From the NCBI GenBank assembly GCA_964595725.1, contig CAZQRQ010000007.1, positions 6,039 to 70,038 on the forward strand: 64,000 nt of DNA, in the 5' to 3' direction. Positions 47,429 through 55,991 of the stretch are shown piece by piece (within the stretch, counting starts at the first letter, position 1; each line of letters opens with the position of its first letter). Below the pieces are notes generated by a model that was given only the letters and a program-made list of their open reading frames with translations, did not search any database and was not told where the DNA came from. Source of the DNA: an uncultured Rikenellaceae bacterium. Its GTDB lineage: Bacteria; Bacteroidota; Bacteroidia; Bacteroidales; VadinHA17. Made by a program: the position numbers and the translations under genes.

Positions 47429-50146
47429 ATGAAAGATAAGCCTTTATCCAAAGGTGTTACCAGGCGGCACTTTGTAAAAGTATCCGGTATTACGGCATTG
47501 GGATTTTCTTCAATAGGTATTGCCGGTTGCTCATCAAGCGGAGTTGCAATAGTGCAAATTCCTGATGACCCGGCTGCCATTTCTCCTGTTGTAGAATGGG
47601 CAGCAAATGAATTAGTTAAAGCTCTCCTCTCGAAGGGCATAAGGGTGCATAAATTCAGCCGGATACCGGAGGAGAAAGGTTTTGACATGTGTATTTTAAT
47701 TGCGGGTTCAGATTCCATGGTTGCCTCGGAATTACTGAAATCTGTAAATGTATCAGTCCACGAATTGCCTGAAGCTATTGGATTGGTTCCAGCCGGTACT
47801 CCTGACCAGCAGATACTTCTAGCAACAGGATATGATATCCGGGGGCTGATGTATGCAGTCCTTGAACTTACAGACAGGGTTATTTACTCGACACATCCGG
47901 TTGAAGCCCTGACCATTGATCAACCTGTTATTGAGAAACCAGCAAACCGGGTCAGAGGCATAAACAGGCTTTTTGTCAGCGACATTGAGGATAAGGGCTG
48001 GTTTAATGACAGGGAAATGTGGCCGGAGTATCTTACAATGCTGGCAACGCAAAGGTTTAACCGTTTCAGTCTGAGTTTTGGAATTGGTTATGATTTTCTG
48101 CAGGATGTCACCGATGCGTATTTCCTGTTTGCATACCCGTTCTTTTTATCAGTACCGGGGTATGATGTGAGAGTTCCGGAATTACCGGATATAGAGCGTG
48201 ATCAAAACCTGGATATGCTCCGGTTCATAAGTGATCAGACTGCAGCAAGGGGATTGCATTTCCAGCTGGGTATATGGATGCATGGCTATAAATGGCTTAA
48301 CAGCCCGAATCCGAATTATACCATCGAAGGATTGACTCAGGATAACCATGCTGCATACTGCCGTGATGCTGTGCGTGAACTTCTTGTTAGGTGCCCTTCG
48401 ATTAGCGGAATTACTTTCCGGATACATGGAGAAAGCGGAGTAACAGAAGGCAGTTACAATTTCTGGATGACAATATTTGAAGGAGTGGCCACCTGTGGAC
48501 GTAAGGTCGAAATCGATATGCACGCCAAGGGAATGAGCCCTGCAATGATCGAGACAGCTTTATCCACAGGTGTGCCGGTAAACATCTCGCCGAAATACTG
48601 GGCAGAGCACCTGGGTCTGCCATATCACCAGGCTGATATCAGATCGTTGGAAATACCGAGAGCGAATATAGGGGGAAGAGGATTGATGAATCTGAGCGCA
48701 GGATCAAGAAGCTTTACCCGTTACGGTTATGCTGATCTGTTTAAAGAGAACAGGGAATATGGTGTTATCCACCGTATATGGCCCGGCACTCAGCGCCTGC
48801 TTCTCTGGGGAGACCCCCTTTTAAGTGCAGCTCATTCCAGGGCGTTCAGCTTTTGTGGAAGTGCCGGGGCTGACCTTATGGAGCCTTTGTCGTTCAAGGG
48901 ACGTCGTGGATCAGGAATTGCCGGGGGACGTTGCGGTTATCTGGACGAATCTCTGAAACCACGCTGGGACTGGCAAAAATATCTTTACAGTCTGAGGGTT
49001 TTTGGACGACTTGCATATAATCCTGAAACTGATCCCGATGTCTGGCAGCGTTATTTAAGAACAGAATTCGGGCAGGCATCAGAAGATGTTGAAAAAGCAC
49101 TGGCTAATGCAACAGGGATATTGCCCGTAGTGCTGACTGTACATGGTGCATCGGCTGCAAATAATATGTACTGGCCTGAAATGTATACAAACATGTCAAT
49201 TGCTGATCCCCAGTATAAGAATCCCTATTCTGACACACCCTCTCCAAAAGTATTCGGTAATGTAAGCCCTATGGATCCGCAGTTATTCCTTTCAGTTAAT
49301 GAATTTGCCAGGGAGCTTATTAACCGGTCACGAAGCGGAAAGTACTCACCCGTTGATGCTGCACAATGGATAGAAGACTATTCTGATGCAGCTGAAGGAT
49401 TCCTTGAGAGTGCAAAAACCAGTAATCATGATATTGGGAAACCTGAATTTCGACGATTGGTAACTGATATAGGTATTCTGATCGGTCTTGGACGATTCTT
49501 TTCCGCCAAGCTGCGTGCAGGTGTATTGTTCGGAATTTATGAGCAGACTGGAAACAGAACAGCACTCGAAAAGTCTCTTCAGTATTACAGGAAAGCCCGC
49601 GATACATGGGATGAGTTCTCATCGGAAGCGGTACCTGTATATAAAAGCGATATAACAATAGGAGAAAATCCTGAGATACGAGGGCATTGGCGCGACAGGT
49701 TACAAGCCATAGATGATGACATTGCTATTATTTCCGGATTGCTGGAAAAAGTTAAGGATAAACAGAATGATCCGGAAGGTAAAATTATGACGGCCATTGA
49801 GGAAGCATCAGGAAGGCCTGTAAGGTTATCGGGATCCGTTAACCATGTTCCTGCTGAACGGTTTACACCAGGTAATCCGATGACGCTGAAATTATCGACT
49901 GGCCGTAAACCATCTGCGGTTCTATTACATTACCGTCATGTTAACCATGCCGAAAGATTCAGAACAGCGGGGATGATAGCAGATGGGATTACATTCCAGG
50001 CAACAATTCCCGGATCATATACTGATACAGAATACCCGATACAATACTATTTTGAATTCACAGAAAAACCGGGGAATGCCTGGTTATTCCCTGGATTCAA
50101 TCCGGATCTGGCCAGCCAGCCATATTATGTTGTGCGTAGTGTTTAG
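47429..50146 (+). CDS. Large exported protein of unknown function, possibly glycoside-hydrolase-like (TAT/lipoprotein leader)
   Basis: 905 aa. The leader is TRRHFVKVSGITALGFSSIGIAGCSS. The N-terminal GYDIRGLMYAVLEL and RVRGINR... pattern is reminiscent of GH20b/GH67N-type N-domains followed by a barrel. It shows distant by-eye similarity to ORF 59423-61747. Confidence 0.35.
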   Translation: MKDKPLSKGVTRRHFVKVSGITALGFSSIGIAGCSSSGVAIVQIPDDPAAISPVVEWAANELVKALLSKGIRVHKFSRIPEEKGFDMCILIAGSDSMVASELLKSVNVSVHELPEAIGLVPAGTPDQQILLATGYDIRGLMYAVLELTDRVIYSTHPVEALTIDQPVIEKPANRVRGINRLFVSDIEDKGWFNDREMWPEYLTMLATQRFNRFSLSFGIGYDFLQDVTDAYFLFAYPFFLSVPGYDVRVPELPDIERDQNLDMLRFISDQTAARGLHFQLGIWMHGYKWLNSPNPNYTIEGLTQDNHAAYCRDAVRELLVRCPSISGITFRIHGESGVTEGSYNFWMTIFEGVATCGRKVEIDMHAKGMSPAMIETALSTGVPVNISPKYWAEHLGLPYHQADIRSLEIPRANIGGRGLMNLSAGSRSFTRYGYADLFKENREYGVIHRIWPGTQRLLLWGDPLLSAAHSRAFSFCGSAGADLMEPLSFKGRRGSGIAGGRCGYLDESLKPRWDWQKYLYSLRVFGRLAYNPETDPDVWQRYLRTEFGQASEDVEKALANATGILPVVLTVHGASAANNMYWPEMYTNMSIADPQYKNPYSDTPSPKVFGNVSPMDPQLFLSVNEFARELINRSRSGKYSPVDAAQWIEDYSDAAEGFLESAKTSNHDIGKPEFRRLVTDIGILIGLGRFFSAKLRAGVLFGIYEQTGNRTALEKSLQYYRKARDTWDEFSSEAVPVYKSDITIGENPEIRGHWRDRLQAIDDDIAIISGLLEKVKDKQNDPEGKIMTAIEEASGRPVRLSGSVNHVPAERFTPGNPMTLKLSTGRKPSAVLLHYRHVNHAERFRTAGMIADGITFQATIPGSYTDTEYPIQYYFEFTEKPGNAWLFPGFNPDLASQPYYVVRSV

Positions 50147-50186
50147 AGCGGGGCCACAGCTAATTCTGTTTTAGGCTGAACCAGGT

Positions 50187-51500
50187 TTATTTCATCCCGG
50201 GAGTTATGATCCTGTAATTACCACTTAAGTGCATCAGGCTGAAGAGGTACAGTAAACCGTCGTAATACGGATCAAAATAACCGTCTTTGTAAGGCTCCAG
50301 CCTGGCATTCCATACAGCATCAACAAACTTCCAGCTCTTAGCCTGGGTTCCCATTATTGAAGCTGCTCCGGAAGTAGAAACCAGCCCGAGTGAATGGCGC
50401 AGGGTCCTGAAACCTCCGGCAGGCATAACAAATTCCGGTAATGTCCCGTCTGTATTGAATTGATCCTCGAAGGTGTCGATACCCCGGCAATAGAGGAAAT
50501 TCTGGATACGTCTTGCATAATCCTTCTGCCAGTCTTTGTCTTTGGCGAACCACGAATAATCCATGGCTATGTTCATAGGAACCCTCCACGAATCGAAACG
50601 AAAAGCAGTACGCATCCTGGAATTTGAAGGAGGTTTTCCGCTGTATTCACTGTAATCAGGATTCAGCCCGGTTACCGGGTCGCATGCCCTGTGAAGGAAG
50701 ACCCGTGAAGTATCCGCGCAGTCGCGGTAGAACTGTTCATGACCATCTTTCGCATATTCGGCCCAGATCTCGAAAAATGCAGGCAGGTGATAGGAGGGAT
50801 CGGTAGTATTATACCTGTCGCTTTCAGGCACGAATGAGATCTGTTTGTGTTCGACATTCAGGATATTATTAATTCCTTCCGAGCCGTCCTTGCTCCACAT
50901 GGCATCGAGGATCCTCCTGGCTTCACCGTAATAATCTATACCGGTATTGTTGCCCCAGCGATTGGAAGCAAAGAGCAGATCTGTCACAAAGTAGAGTTCA
51001 CCATCAGAAGCGGTTCCTTCTGAATTATGCTTTCCCGTTTCAGGATTTACCGACCAGGCGAAATATCCATCGCGTGGCCCTCCCTGGTGCTGCATATATT
51101 TTTTTGTCCATCTCCATAAGCGGTCAAAAACATCCTTTTTGTTCATCTGAACGGCCACCATCAGACCATATGATAATCCTTCAGTACGTGCGTCGTGATT
51201 CTTAAGGTCAGACACATATGCCATCGAGTCCCCCACTTCAAAATAGACCCTGTTGGGCCCTTCGAAGACATCGTAGTATGCTTTGGCCAGTTTAGCATCT
51301 ATATCGGCCTGTTTATAGCCTGCATAAAGAAACACGTTACGGTATTTCCCTGTTTCCCAGGCTCCTTTTTCCCAGGGTTTCATTTTGCCACGGCTGTCTT
51401 TAATATCTTTATTGCAGTCTTCCTCACGGGACTGTCCGTATGAATATCCGACAATGCATAAGGCAATTGCCATCAGGCTTAATTCTATAATTTTCTTCAT
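50187..51500 (-). CDS. Glycoside hydrolase family 8 (exo-oligoxylanase/endoglucanase type), secreted
   Basis: 437 aa with a signal peptide. The GH8 motif region is RTEGLSYGLMVAVQMN, with DGELYF and the WRVPMNIAMDY (alpha/alpha)6 pattern. Confidence 0.7.
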   Translation of the reverse strand: MKKIIELSLMAIALCIVGYSYGQSREEDCNKDIKDSRGKMKPWEKGAWETGKYRNVFLYAGYKQADIDAKLAKAYYDVFEGPNRVYFEVGDSMAYVSDLKNHDARTEGLSYGLMVAVQMNKKDVFDRLWRWTKKYMQHQGGPRDGYFAWSVNPETGKHNSEGTASDGELYFVTDLLFASNRWGNNTGIDYYGEARRILDAMWSKDGSEGINNILNVEHKQISFVPESDRYNTTDPSYHLPAFFEIWAEYAKDGHEQFYRDCADTSRVFLHRACDPVTGLNPDYSEYSGKPPSNSRMRTAFRFDSWRVPMNIAMDYSWFAKDKDWQKDYARRIQNFLYCRGIDTFEDQFNTDGTLPEFVMPAGGFRTLRHSLGLVSTSGAASIMGTQAKSWKFVDAVWNARLEPYKDGYFDPYYDGLLYLFSLMHLSGNYRIITPGMK

Positions 51501-51628
51501 TACAAGGAATTGTTTACTAATTTGTTGATTGTGAAAGTTAAAAAATATTTTCTAGACATTTAGTGCAGGTGGTTTATAATATTCTGTTAATTTTGGTAAT
51601 CAATAATAGAATCTAATCTCTCTGCCTT

Positions 51629-52750
51629 ATGAAAAGAAAAGGTTTTCTTTCAATTATTTTTGTTTTTCCTGCCATGATTGCCTGCCAGGTGATGGCACAA
51701 AATTCTGAACCAGTTTTTAAAGAGGTGCTTGGAAGTCAAAATGACAAGGAAGTATATCTCTATACTCTTACAAACAAAGCAGGCAACACTTTGAAGCTGA
51801 CAAACTATGGAGCAAGGATTGTTGGTATAGAAGTGCCGGACAAGGATGGCGTCAAGGCTAATATTACTACCGGTACCGACAGGCTCGAATCAATTGTAAG
51901 AGATGCTTTCGGCGGAGCTGTTATAGGCAGGTACGCCAACAGGATAGCGAATGGAAAATTTACTCTCGACGGTAAAGAGTATGATCTGCCAATTAACAAT
52001 AAGCCGAACACGCTGCACGGTGGCAGGAACGGGTGGTATACAAAGGTGTGGGATGCAGAAATCACAGGTGGCAGGAAACCGGCAATTAAATTCACTTATC
52101 TAAGTCCTGATATGGAGGAAGGATTTCCCGGAACGGTTACCATTGAAGCGACTTATACATGGACAGACAAAAACGAAATTATTATCGAGTATGCTGCAGC
52201 AACTGATAAGAAGACAGTTATAAATGTTACGAATCATGCCTATTTCAACCTGCACGGTGCCGGGAACGGATATATTTTCGATCATATTCTAACTCTCAAT
52301 GCCCAGGCTTATACACCGGTTGATGCAACTTTGATCCCTACAGGGGAGATTAGGCTGGTGGAAGGGACACCATTTGATTTTACTTCTCCTCATACCATGG
52401 GTGAAAGGATAGGGGAGACCTACGACGGATCAGTTCTCAACGGATATGATCATAATTTTGTGCTCGATAACAAAGGGAAGGTGGATGCCACGGTTTATGA
52501 TCCGGTAAGCGGACGTTTTATGGAGGTAATTACCGACCAGCCCGGGATGCAGTTTTATTCAGGCAGCGGCATGATGTGGAAAAGGGCTCAGGAGTCGGGC
52601 AACATTCCTGCAAATACCCGTTCTTCGTTTGCATTGGAAACTCAGCATTTCCCCGATAGCCCCAACCATCCAGGTTTCCCTTCAACAGTATTAAACCCGG
52701 GAGAACAATTCAAATCGAGAACCATTTACAGGTTCTCTGTAAAAAAATAG
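51629..52750 (+). CDS. galM: Aldose 1-epimerase (galactose mutarotase), secreted
   Basis: 373 aa. Motifs are GRYANRIANGKFTLDGKEY, NTLHGG, NHAYFNL and ETQHFPDSPN. Confidence 0.85.
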   Translation: MKRKGFLSIIFVFPAMIACQVMAQNSEPVFKEVLGSQNDKEVYLYTLTNKAGNTLKLTNYGARIVGIEVPDKDGVKANITTGTDRLESIVRDAFGGAVIGRYANRIANGKFTLDGKEYDLPINNKPNTLHGGRNGWYTKVWDAEITGGRKPAIKFTYLSPDMEEGFPGTVTIEATYTWTDKNEIIIEYAAATDKKTVINVTNHAYFNLHGAGNGYIFDHILTLNAQAYTPVDATLIPTGEIRLVEGTPFDFTSPHTMGERIGETYDGSVLNGYDHNFVLDNKGKVDATVYDPVSGRFMEVITDQPGMQFYSGSGMMWKRAQESGNIPANTRSSFALETQHFPDSPNHPGFPSTVLNPGEQFKSRTIYRFSVKK

Positions 52751-52803
52751 TTTTATAAATATAGGGTGAAAATTAATTATTGAAGCCATTGGTACAAGAC
52801 ATT

Positions 52804-52900
52804 TTATTTACCTAATTGAGGGTCATAAAACCTTGCACCATAATCGTACCAGTAGGAGTTGTTACTGCTGACTGATAATATGTTATGCTGATTTTGGAAC
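52804..52900 (-). pseudogene. Rhs/YD core-junction stub (junction 1), truncated right after the junction
   Basis: The minus-strand frame reads ...[32 protein letters not shown] with the stop at comp(52804-52806). No toxin domain follows. Confidence 0.7.
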
Positions 52901-53096
52901 AATTTTCTTGGCGATATTATGGTAATTTGAAGCTTTGAAAACAGATCTATCAACTTTATCAATATGAAAATTAATGTTTTTGTGGGATTTTGAATACTTA
53001 ACTATTAAAATAACTGAGGCATTCCATGTTGGTATTTCTCATGATGATCTTATAGCTGAGATTTTTGTTATTCTTTAAAGTAGGAGTATCTTTGTA
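52821..53096. repeat. Copy A of a ~276-bp repeat (junction stub plus promoter region); copy B is at 57191-57466
   Basis: It aligns collinearly by eye with copy B. Most positions are identical, with scattered substitutions and small indels. Confidence 0.8.
53087..53094 (+). promoter_or_regulatory. Candidate Bacteroidota -7 box TATCTTTG (TAnnTTTG) for the ParE-type TA operon
   Basis: It lies at the conserved end of repeat copy A. A TTTG sits at 53064-53067, 19 nt upstream, and the antitoxin ATG is 43 nt downstream. Copy B has the same spacing. Confidence 0.5.
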
Positions 53097-53137
53097 CAAG
53101 AGGACAAGCTTGTGGATCTCGTTTAGTTCAGCTGAAT

Positions 53138-53314
53138 ATGAAAACAAAAAATATAAAATCAAAAGAAAAAGAAAATTGGGCGTTACCAGGCAATCCTATT
53201 TCCCATAATGAATTCAAGAGTGGGATTAAAAAAGCAGAGGAAGGTCCATTTTATACTGTGGAGGAGTCAAAAAACATGCTCGAAGAATGGAGGAAGAAAA
53301 AAAGCTCCGTGTAA
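53138..53314 (+). CDS. Putative antitoxin (58 aa, below the ORF-track size cutoff)
   Basis: My translation is MKTKNIKSKEKENWALPGNPISHNEFKSGIKKAEEGPFYTVEESKNMLEEWRKKKSSV*. It sits immediately upstream of the ParE-like ORF and overlaps it by 28 nt. Confidence 0.5.
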   Translation: MKTKNIKSKEKENWALPGNPISHNEFKSGIKKAEEGPFYTVEESKNMLEEWRKKKSSV

Positions 53315-53622
53315 AAGTATCCAAATCATTTATCATTGATCTTGATAGCATTTTTCAATATGGCGTAGAGACCTTTGGCCTCCGGCAGACTCAACTTTAT
53401 GAGAATGAGATCTGGAAGCTGGTGGACGGACTTTCAAGCAATTGGCAACTCTTTTCTGAGTGCCGTCATCTGTCAACAAAGTCGAAGATGTACAGATGGA
53501 TTATACTGGAATCTCACCTTATCATTTATCGTATCACAGTCAAAGAAATACAGGTACTTCGGATACTGCATTCTAACCGCAGCATAACAAAAATAAAGGC
53601 TTCGAGAGGGGTAAAACCATAG
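53287..53622 (+). CDS. Type II toxin, RelE/ParE superfamily (ParE-like)
   Basis: 111 aa. Segments LRVKVSKSFIIDLDSIFQYG and YRWIILESHLIIYRITVKEIQVLRILHSNRS are typical of the ParE_toxin family. Confidence 0.7.
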   Translation: MEEEKKLRVKVSKSFIIDLDSIFQYGVETFGLRQTQLYENEIWKLVDGLSSNWQLFSECRHLSTKSKMYRWIILESHLIIYRITVKEIQVLRILHSNRSITKIKASRGVKP

Positions 53623-53735
53623 AATAAAGATTCATATGAGAACAAGAGGATCCATTCATGCAAGGCTGGGAAAGAACCAATTTATCGATAAATTCGGCAA
53701 CCGGATTGTTCACGCTCAAAAAAAACAATAAAATA

Positions 53736-53765
53736 AAAACCCGGCGTCGAACCGGGTTTCTTGTT
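53736..53765. terminator. Hairpin terminator between the convergent ParE gene and immunity/toxin cassette 2
   Basis: AAAACCCGG-CGTCGA-ACCGGGTTT followed by CTTGTT. A-rich sequence upstream could make it bidirectional. Confidence 0.55.
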
Positions 53766-53804
53766 ACGTTACCTATTGGAAAAATCACTAATTCAAAACA
53801 AAAC

Positions 53805-54008
53805 CTAATTCTTTGATCTAATATTATCCAAAGAGTCTTTGTAAGCTTTGATCAACAGTTTGGTCGAGTCACGATAATAAGAATATTCTTTATATATTTC
53901 TTCAGTGTAGATTATTTGCCTTTTGTTTTCAATGTTTTTAAGGAAGACAAATATTAATAACACTATAATTATCAGAGTAATAAATACAGATTTAATTATC
54001 TTTTTCAT
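53805..54008 (-). CDS. Candidate immunity protein for cassette 2 (N-terminal TM anchor)
   Basis: 67 aa beginning MKKIIKSVFITLIIIVLLIFVFL... It starts 5 nt after the stop of the toxin ORF on the same strand. Confidence 0.45.
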   Translation of the reverse strand: MKKIIKSVFITLIIIVLLIFVFLKNIENKRQIIYTEEIYKEYSYYRDSTKLLIKAYKDSLDNIRSKN

Positions 54009-54013
54009 TCCAT

Positions 54014-54769
54014 TTATTTTCGTTTATTATCATTTTGATTTTTCAGAATAAGTTGAAGCGTTCCTTCTTGGAGTAATTCGCTTGAAGTAGTAAATGGTCC
54101 GTGTATTTGACTTCCAATAGTCATAAAGAAATTTAATGGGGCACTAAGGAGTGCATTTAGAATCCGCATCGGTTCGCTATATGCAAATCTTTCCCCAGCT
54201 GTATTTAAAACAGGGTGAGATCTAATTACATCATACCTGTTTTTACTAAATTCAGGTGCATGTGCGAAAACCATATATTCCCACTTTTTACTATAGAACT
54301 TCTTATCTTCAAGTTCTGCATTATTCACAATAATGTCTGCAGCTTCTTGTTTAAACACGTTGACGTCAGTCATAGCATTGCCTTCATAGTCTAAAAATGT
54401 ACTTACAGTTGGGGTTTCACCTATATTTTTACCTCCCGCAGAAGTGTTGTTCTTCCCGTAATTCTTCAGTACTACCTTGCTTGCTCTTTTTTCGTTGCCT
54501 TTATGTTTATAAATGGTTTTATCTCCATCATCATATACAGCAACAATTTTCCCCTTCTTACTTGTATGAGTTGACATTCCATTTGCATCGATGAAAATTA
54601 TTGGATTATCAATCGTATAATTATAAGGAGACCATCTATAATACTTCTCCGCCATCGGATCCACCACATGCCATCTCCCGATCTGCGGATCATAAAACCT
54701 TGCGCCGTAATCGTACCAGTAACCAGAGTTACTTTTGATTGATAGTATGTTACCCTGTCTTTGAAGCAA
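54014..54769 (-). CDS. Orphan Rhs-junction C-terminal toxin module (cassette 2), toxin domain of unknown type
   Basis: The peptide reads ...[59 protein letters not shown] followed by about 185 aa of unique sequence. The frame opens only 8 codons upstream, after TAA at comp(54794-54796). There is no ATG before the junction. Confidence 0.7.
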   Translation of the reverse strand: MLQRQGNILSIKSNSGYWYDYGARFYDPQIGRWHVVDPMAEKYYRWSPYNYTIDNPIIFIDANGMSTHTSKKGKIVAVYDDGDKTIYKHKGNEKRASKVVLKNYGKNNTSAGGKNIGETPTVSTFLDYEGNAMTDVNVFKQEAADIIVNNAELEDKKFYSKKWEYMVFAHAPEFSKNRYDVIRSHPVLNTAGERFAYSEPMRILNALLSAPLNFFMTIGSQIHGPFTTSSELLQEGTLQLILKNQNDNKRK

Positions 54770-54915
54770 GTTTTTAACGGTTTTTGGGCTACTTTACCTT
54801 CCGAAATTGCTATTTATACTCTATTCAGGTATGAAAATAAGGAAATAATGACGATTTATTGGTGATTTTACAATGGGATTTAATAGTCAGTAAGATTATA
54901 TGGGATTTGTAGTGA

Positions 54916-55461
54916 TTATTTATCCTTTCGGGAAGGCTTGAATCCTTTTACCTGGACAGGCTTTTTGGTGTCGTGCTTCTCTATCAGCTCATCGAGGTAG
55001 CTGAAGACAAGTTCTATGTTTTTGTCCTGGTTGGTGAGTTTCTTTTTAATTTCTTCAATTTCAAGTCGTATACTCATGTTATCCATTAGGATCTCCCGCA
55101 CCTTGGTGAATACTCGCATGATCTGGATATTAACCTTTATGGCTCTCTCACTGTTCAACACCCCTGATAACATTGCTACACCTTGCTCGGTAAACGCATA
55201 TGGCAGTTTTCGACGACCACCCCAGCTTGATGTTCCAGTTTGGAATATCAAGACTTCGAACTCTGCCTTTGTCAACTGGAACATAAAATCTTCCGGGAAG
55301 CGGTCTAGGTTACGCTTTACCTGTTCATTTAATCTGCGGGTTTCAACATCATATAGTTCTGCCAGGTCTTCATCAAGCATCACTTTTTTATCTCTTATGA
55401 GGTAGATTTTGCTTGTTATAATTTCATCAGGTACAGCCAGAAGATTACTTCTTTTTGTCAT
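54916..55461 (-). CDS. ORF6N (KilA-N-like) DNA-binding domain protein
   Basis: 181 aa. Motifs are IRDKKVMLDEDLAELYDVETRRLNEQVKRNLDRFPEDFMFQLT and SSWGGRRKLPYAFTEQGVAMLSGVLNSERAIKVNIQIMRVF. Confidence 0.8.
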   Translation of the reverse strand: MTKRSNLLAVPDEIITSKIYLIRDKKVMLDEDLAELYDVETRRLNEQVKRNLDRFPEDFMFQLTKAEFEVLIFQTGTSSWGGRRKLPYAFTEQGVAMLSGVLNSERAIKVNIQIMRVFTKVREILMDNMSIRLEIEEIKKKLTNQDKNIELVFSYLDELIEKHDTKKPVQVKGFKPSRKDK

Positions 55462-55504
55462 TATGAGCTTTGTGTTATGGTTTTGTAAAGTTACTTATTT
55501 AAAC

Positions 55505-55529
55505 TTGATGTCGCATTTTGCGATATCAA
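55505..55529. promoter_or_regulatory. Palindrome 1 upstream of the ORF6N gene (operator candidate)
   Basis: TTGATGTCGCA-TTT-TGCGATATCAA, located 44-68 nt upstream of the ORF6N start codon. Confidence 0.45.
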
Positions 55530-55583
55530 AATTGTATTTAACGGATTGTTGGCATATCGGATTTTACAATTTATGATTTCTTA

Positions 55584-55610
55584 CTTGATATCGCAAAGTG
55601 CGATATCAAG
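55584..55610. promoter_or_regulatory. Palindrome 2 upstream of the ORF6N gene (operator candidate)
   Basis: CTTGATATCGCA-AAG-TGCGATATCAAG is a perfect 12-bp inverted repeat with the same half-site as palindrome 1, 79 bp away. Confidence 0.45.
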
Positions 55611-55743
55611 AATGGTAATGCCATATTAACCACTCTATTATATATTTATCGATGGCGCTGATATATTGGAATCCTTCTAATCCTTCAGGCTGATGGCACG
55701 GTATTGTCCCTCTTGCTGTCTACACTGTAGTCAAACCCCGCTA

Positions 55744-55896
55744 TTACCAGGATTGTTGCAAAACACTTATTGCGTTATTGCAACAGATTTTTACACTTTT
55801 GCATTTAGGATTCCGTATTCTAGATACTCCAGCGAGTGGATTTACAGTAGTAAATCGTCCTATTTGCGGACTATAAGATCTCGCTCCATAATTGTA
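55744..55896 (-). pseudogene. Diverged Rhs-junction remnant (junction 5)
   Basis: Minus strand reads *YNYGARSYSPQIGRFTTVNPLAGVSRIRNPKCKSVKICCNNAISVLQQSW*. It is bounded by TAA at comp(55897-55899) and the stop at comp(55744-55746). Confidence 0.5.
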
Positions 55897-55991
55897 TTAA
55901 TACAAAATCAAAGAACTTATAAATGTAAGACGTTATCATTAATACTAAAATCCAGAAATCCTATTCTAATTTTGTGTGAATGTTTAACAAT

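Noticed and set aside
53573-53788. A 71-aa minus ORF between ParE and cassette 2.
   Set aside because: It spans the terminator hairpin and overlaps the ParE 3' end. It shows no motifs and no coding-like features.
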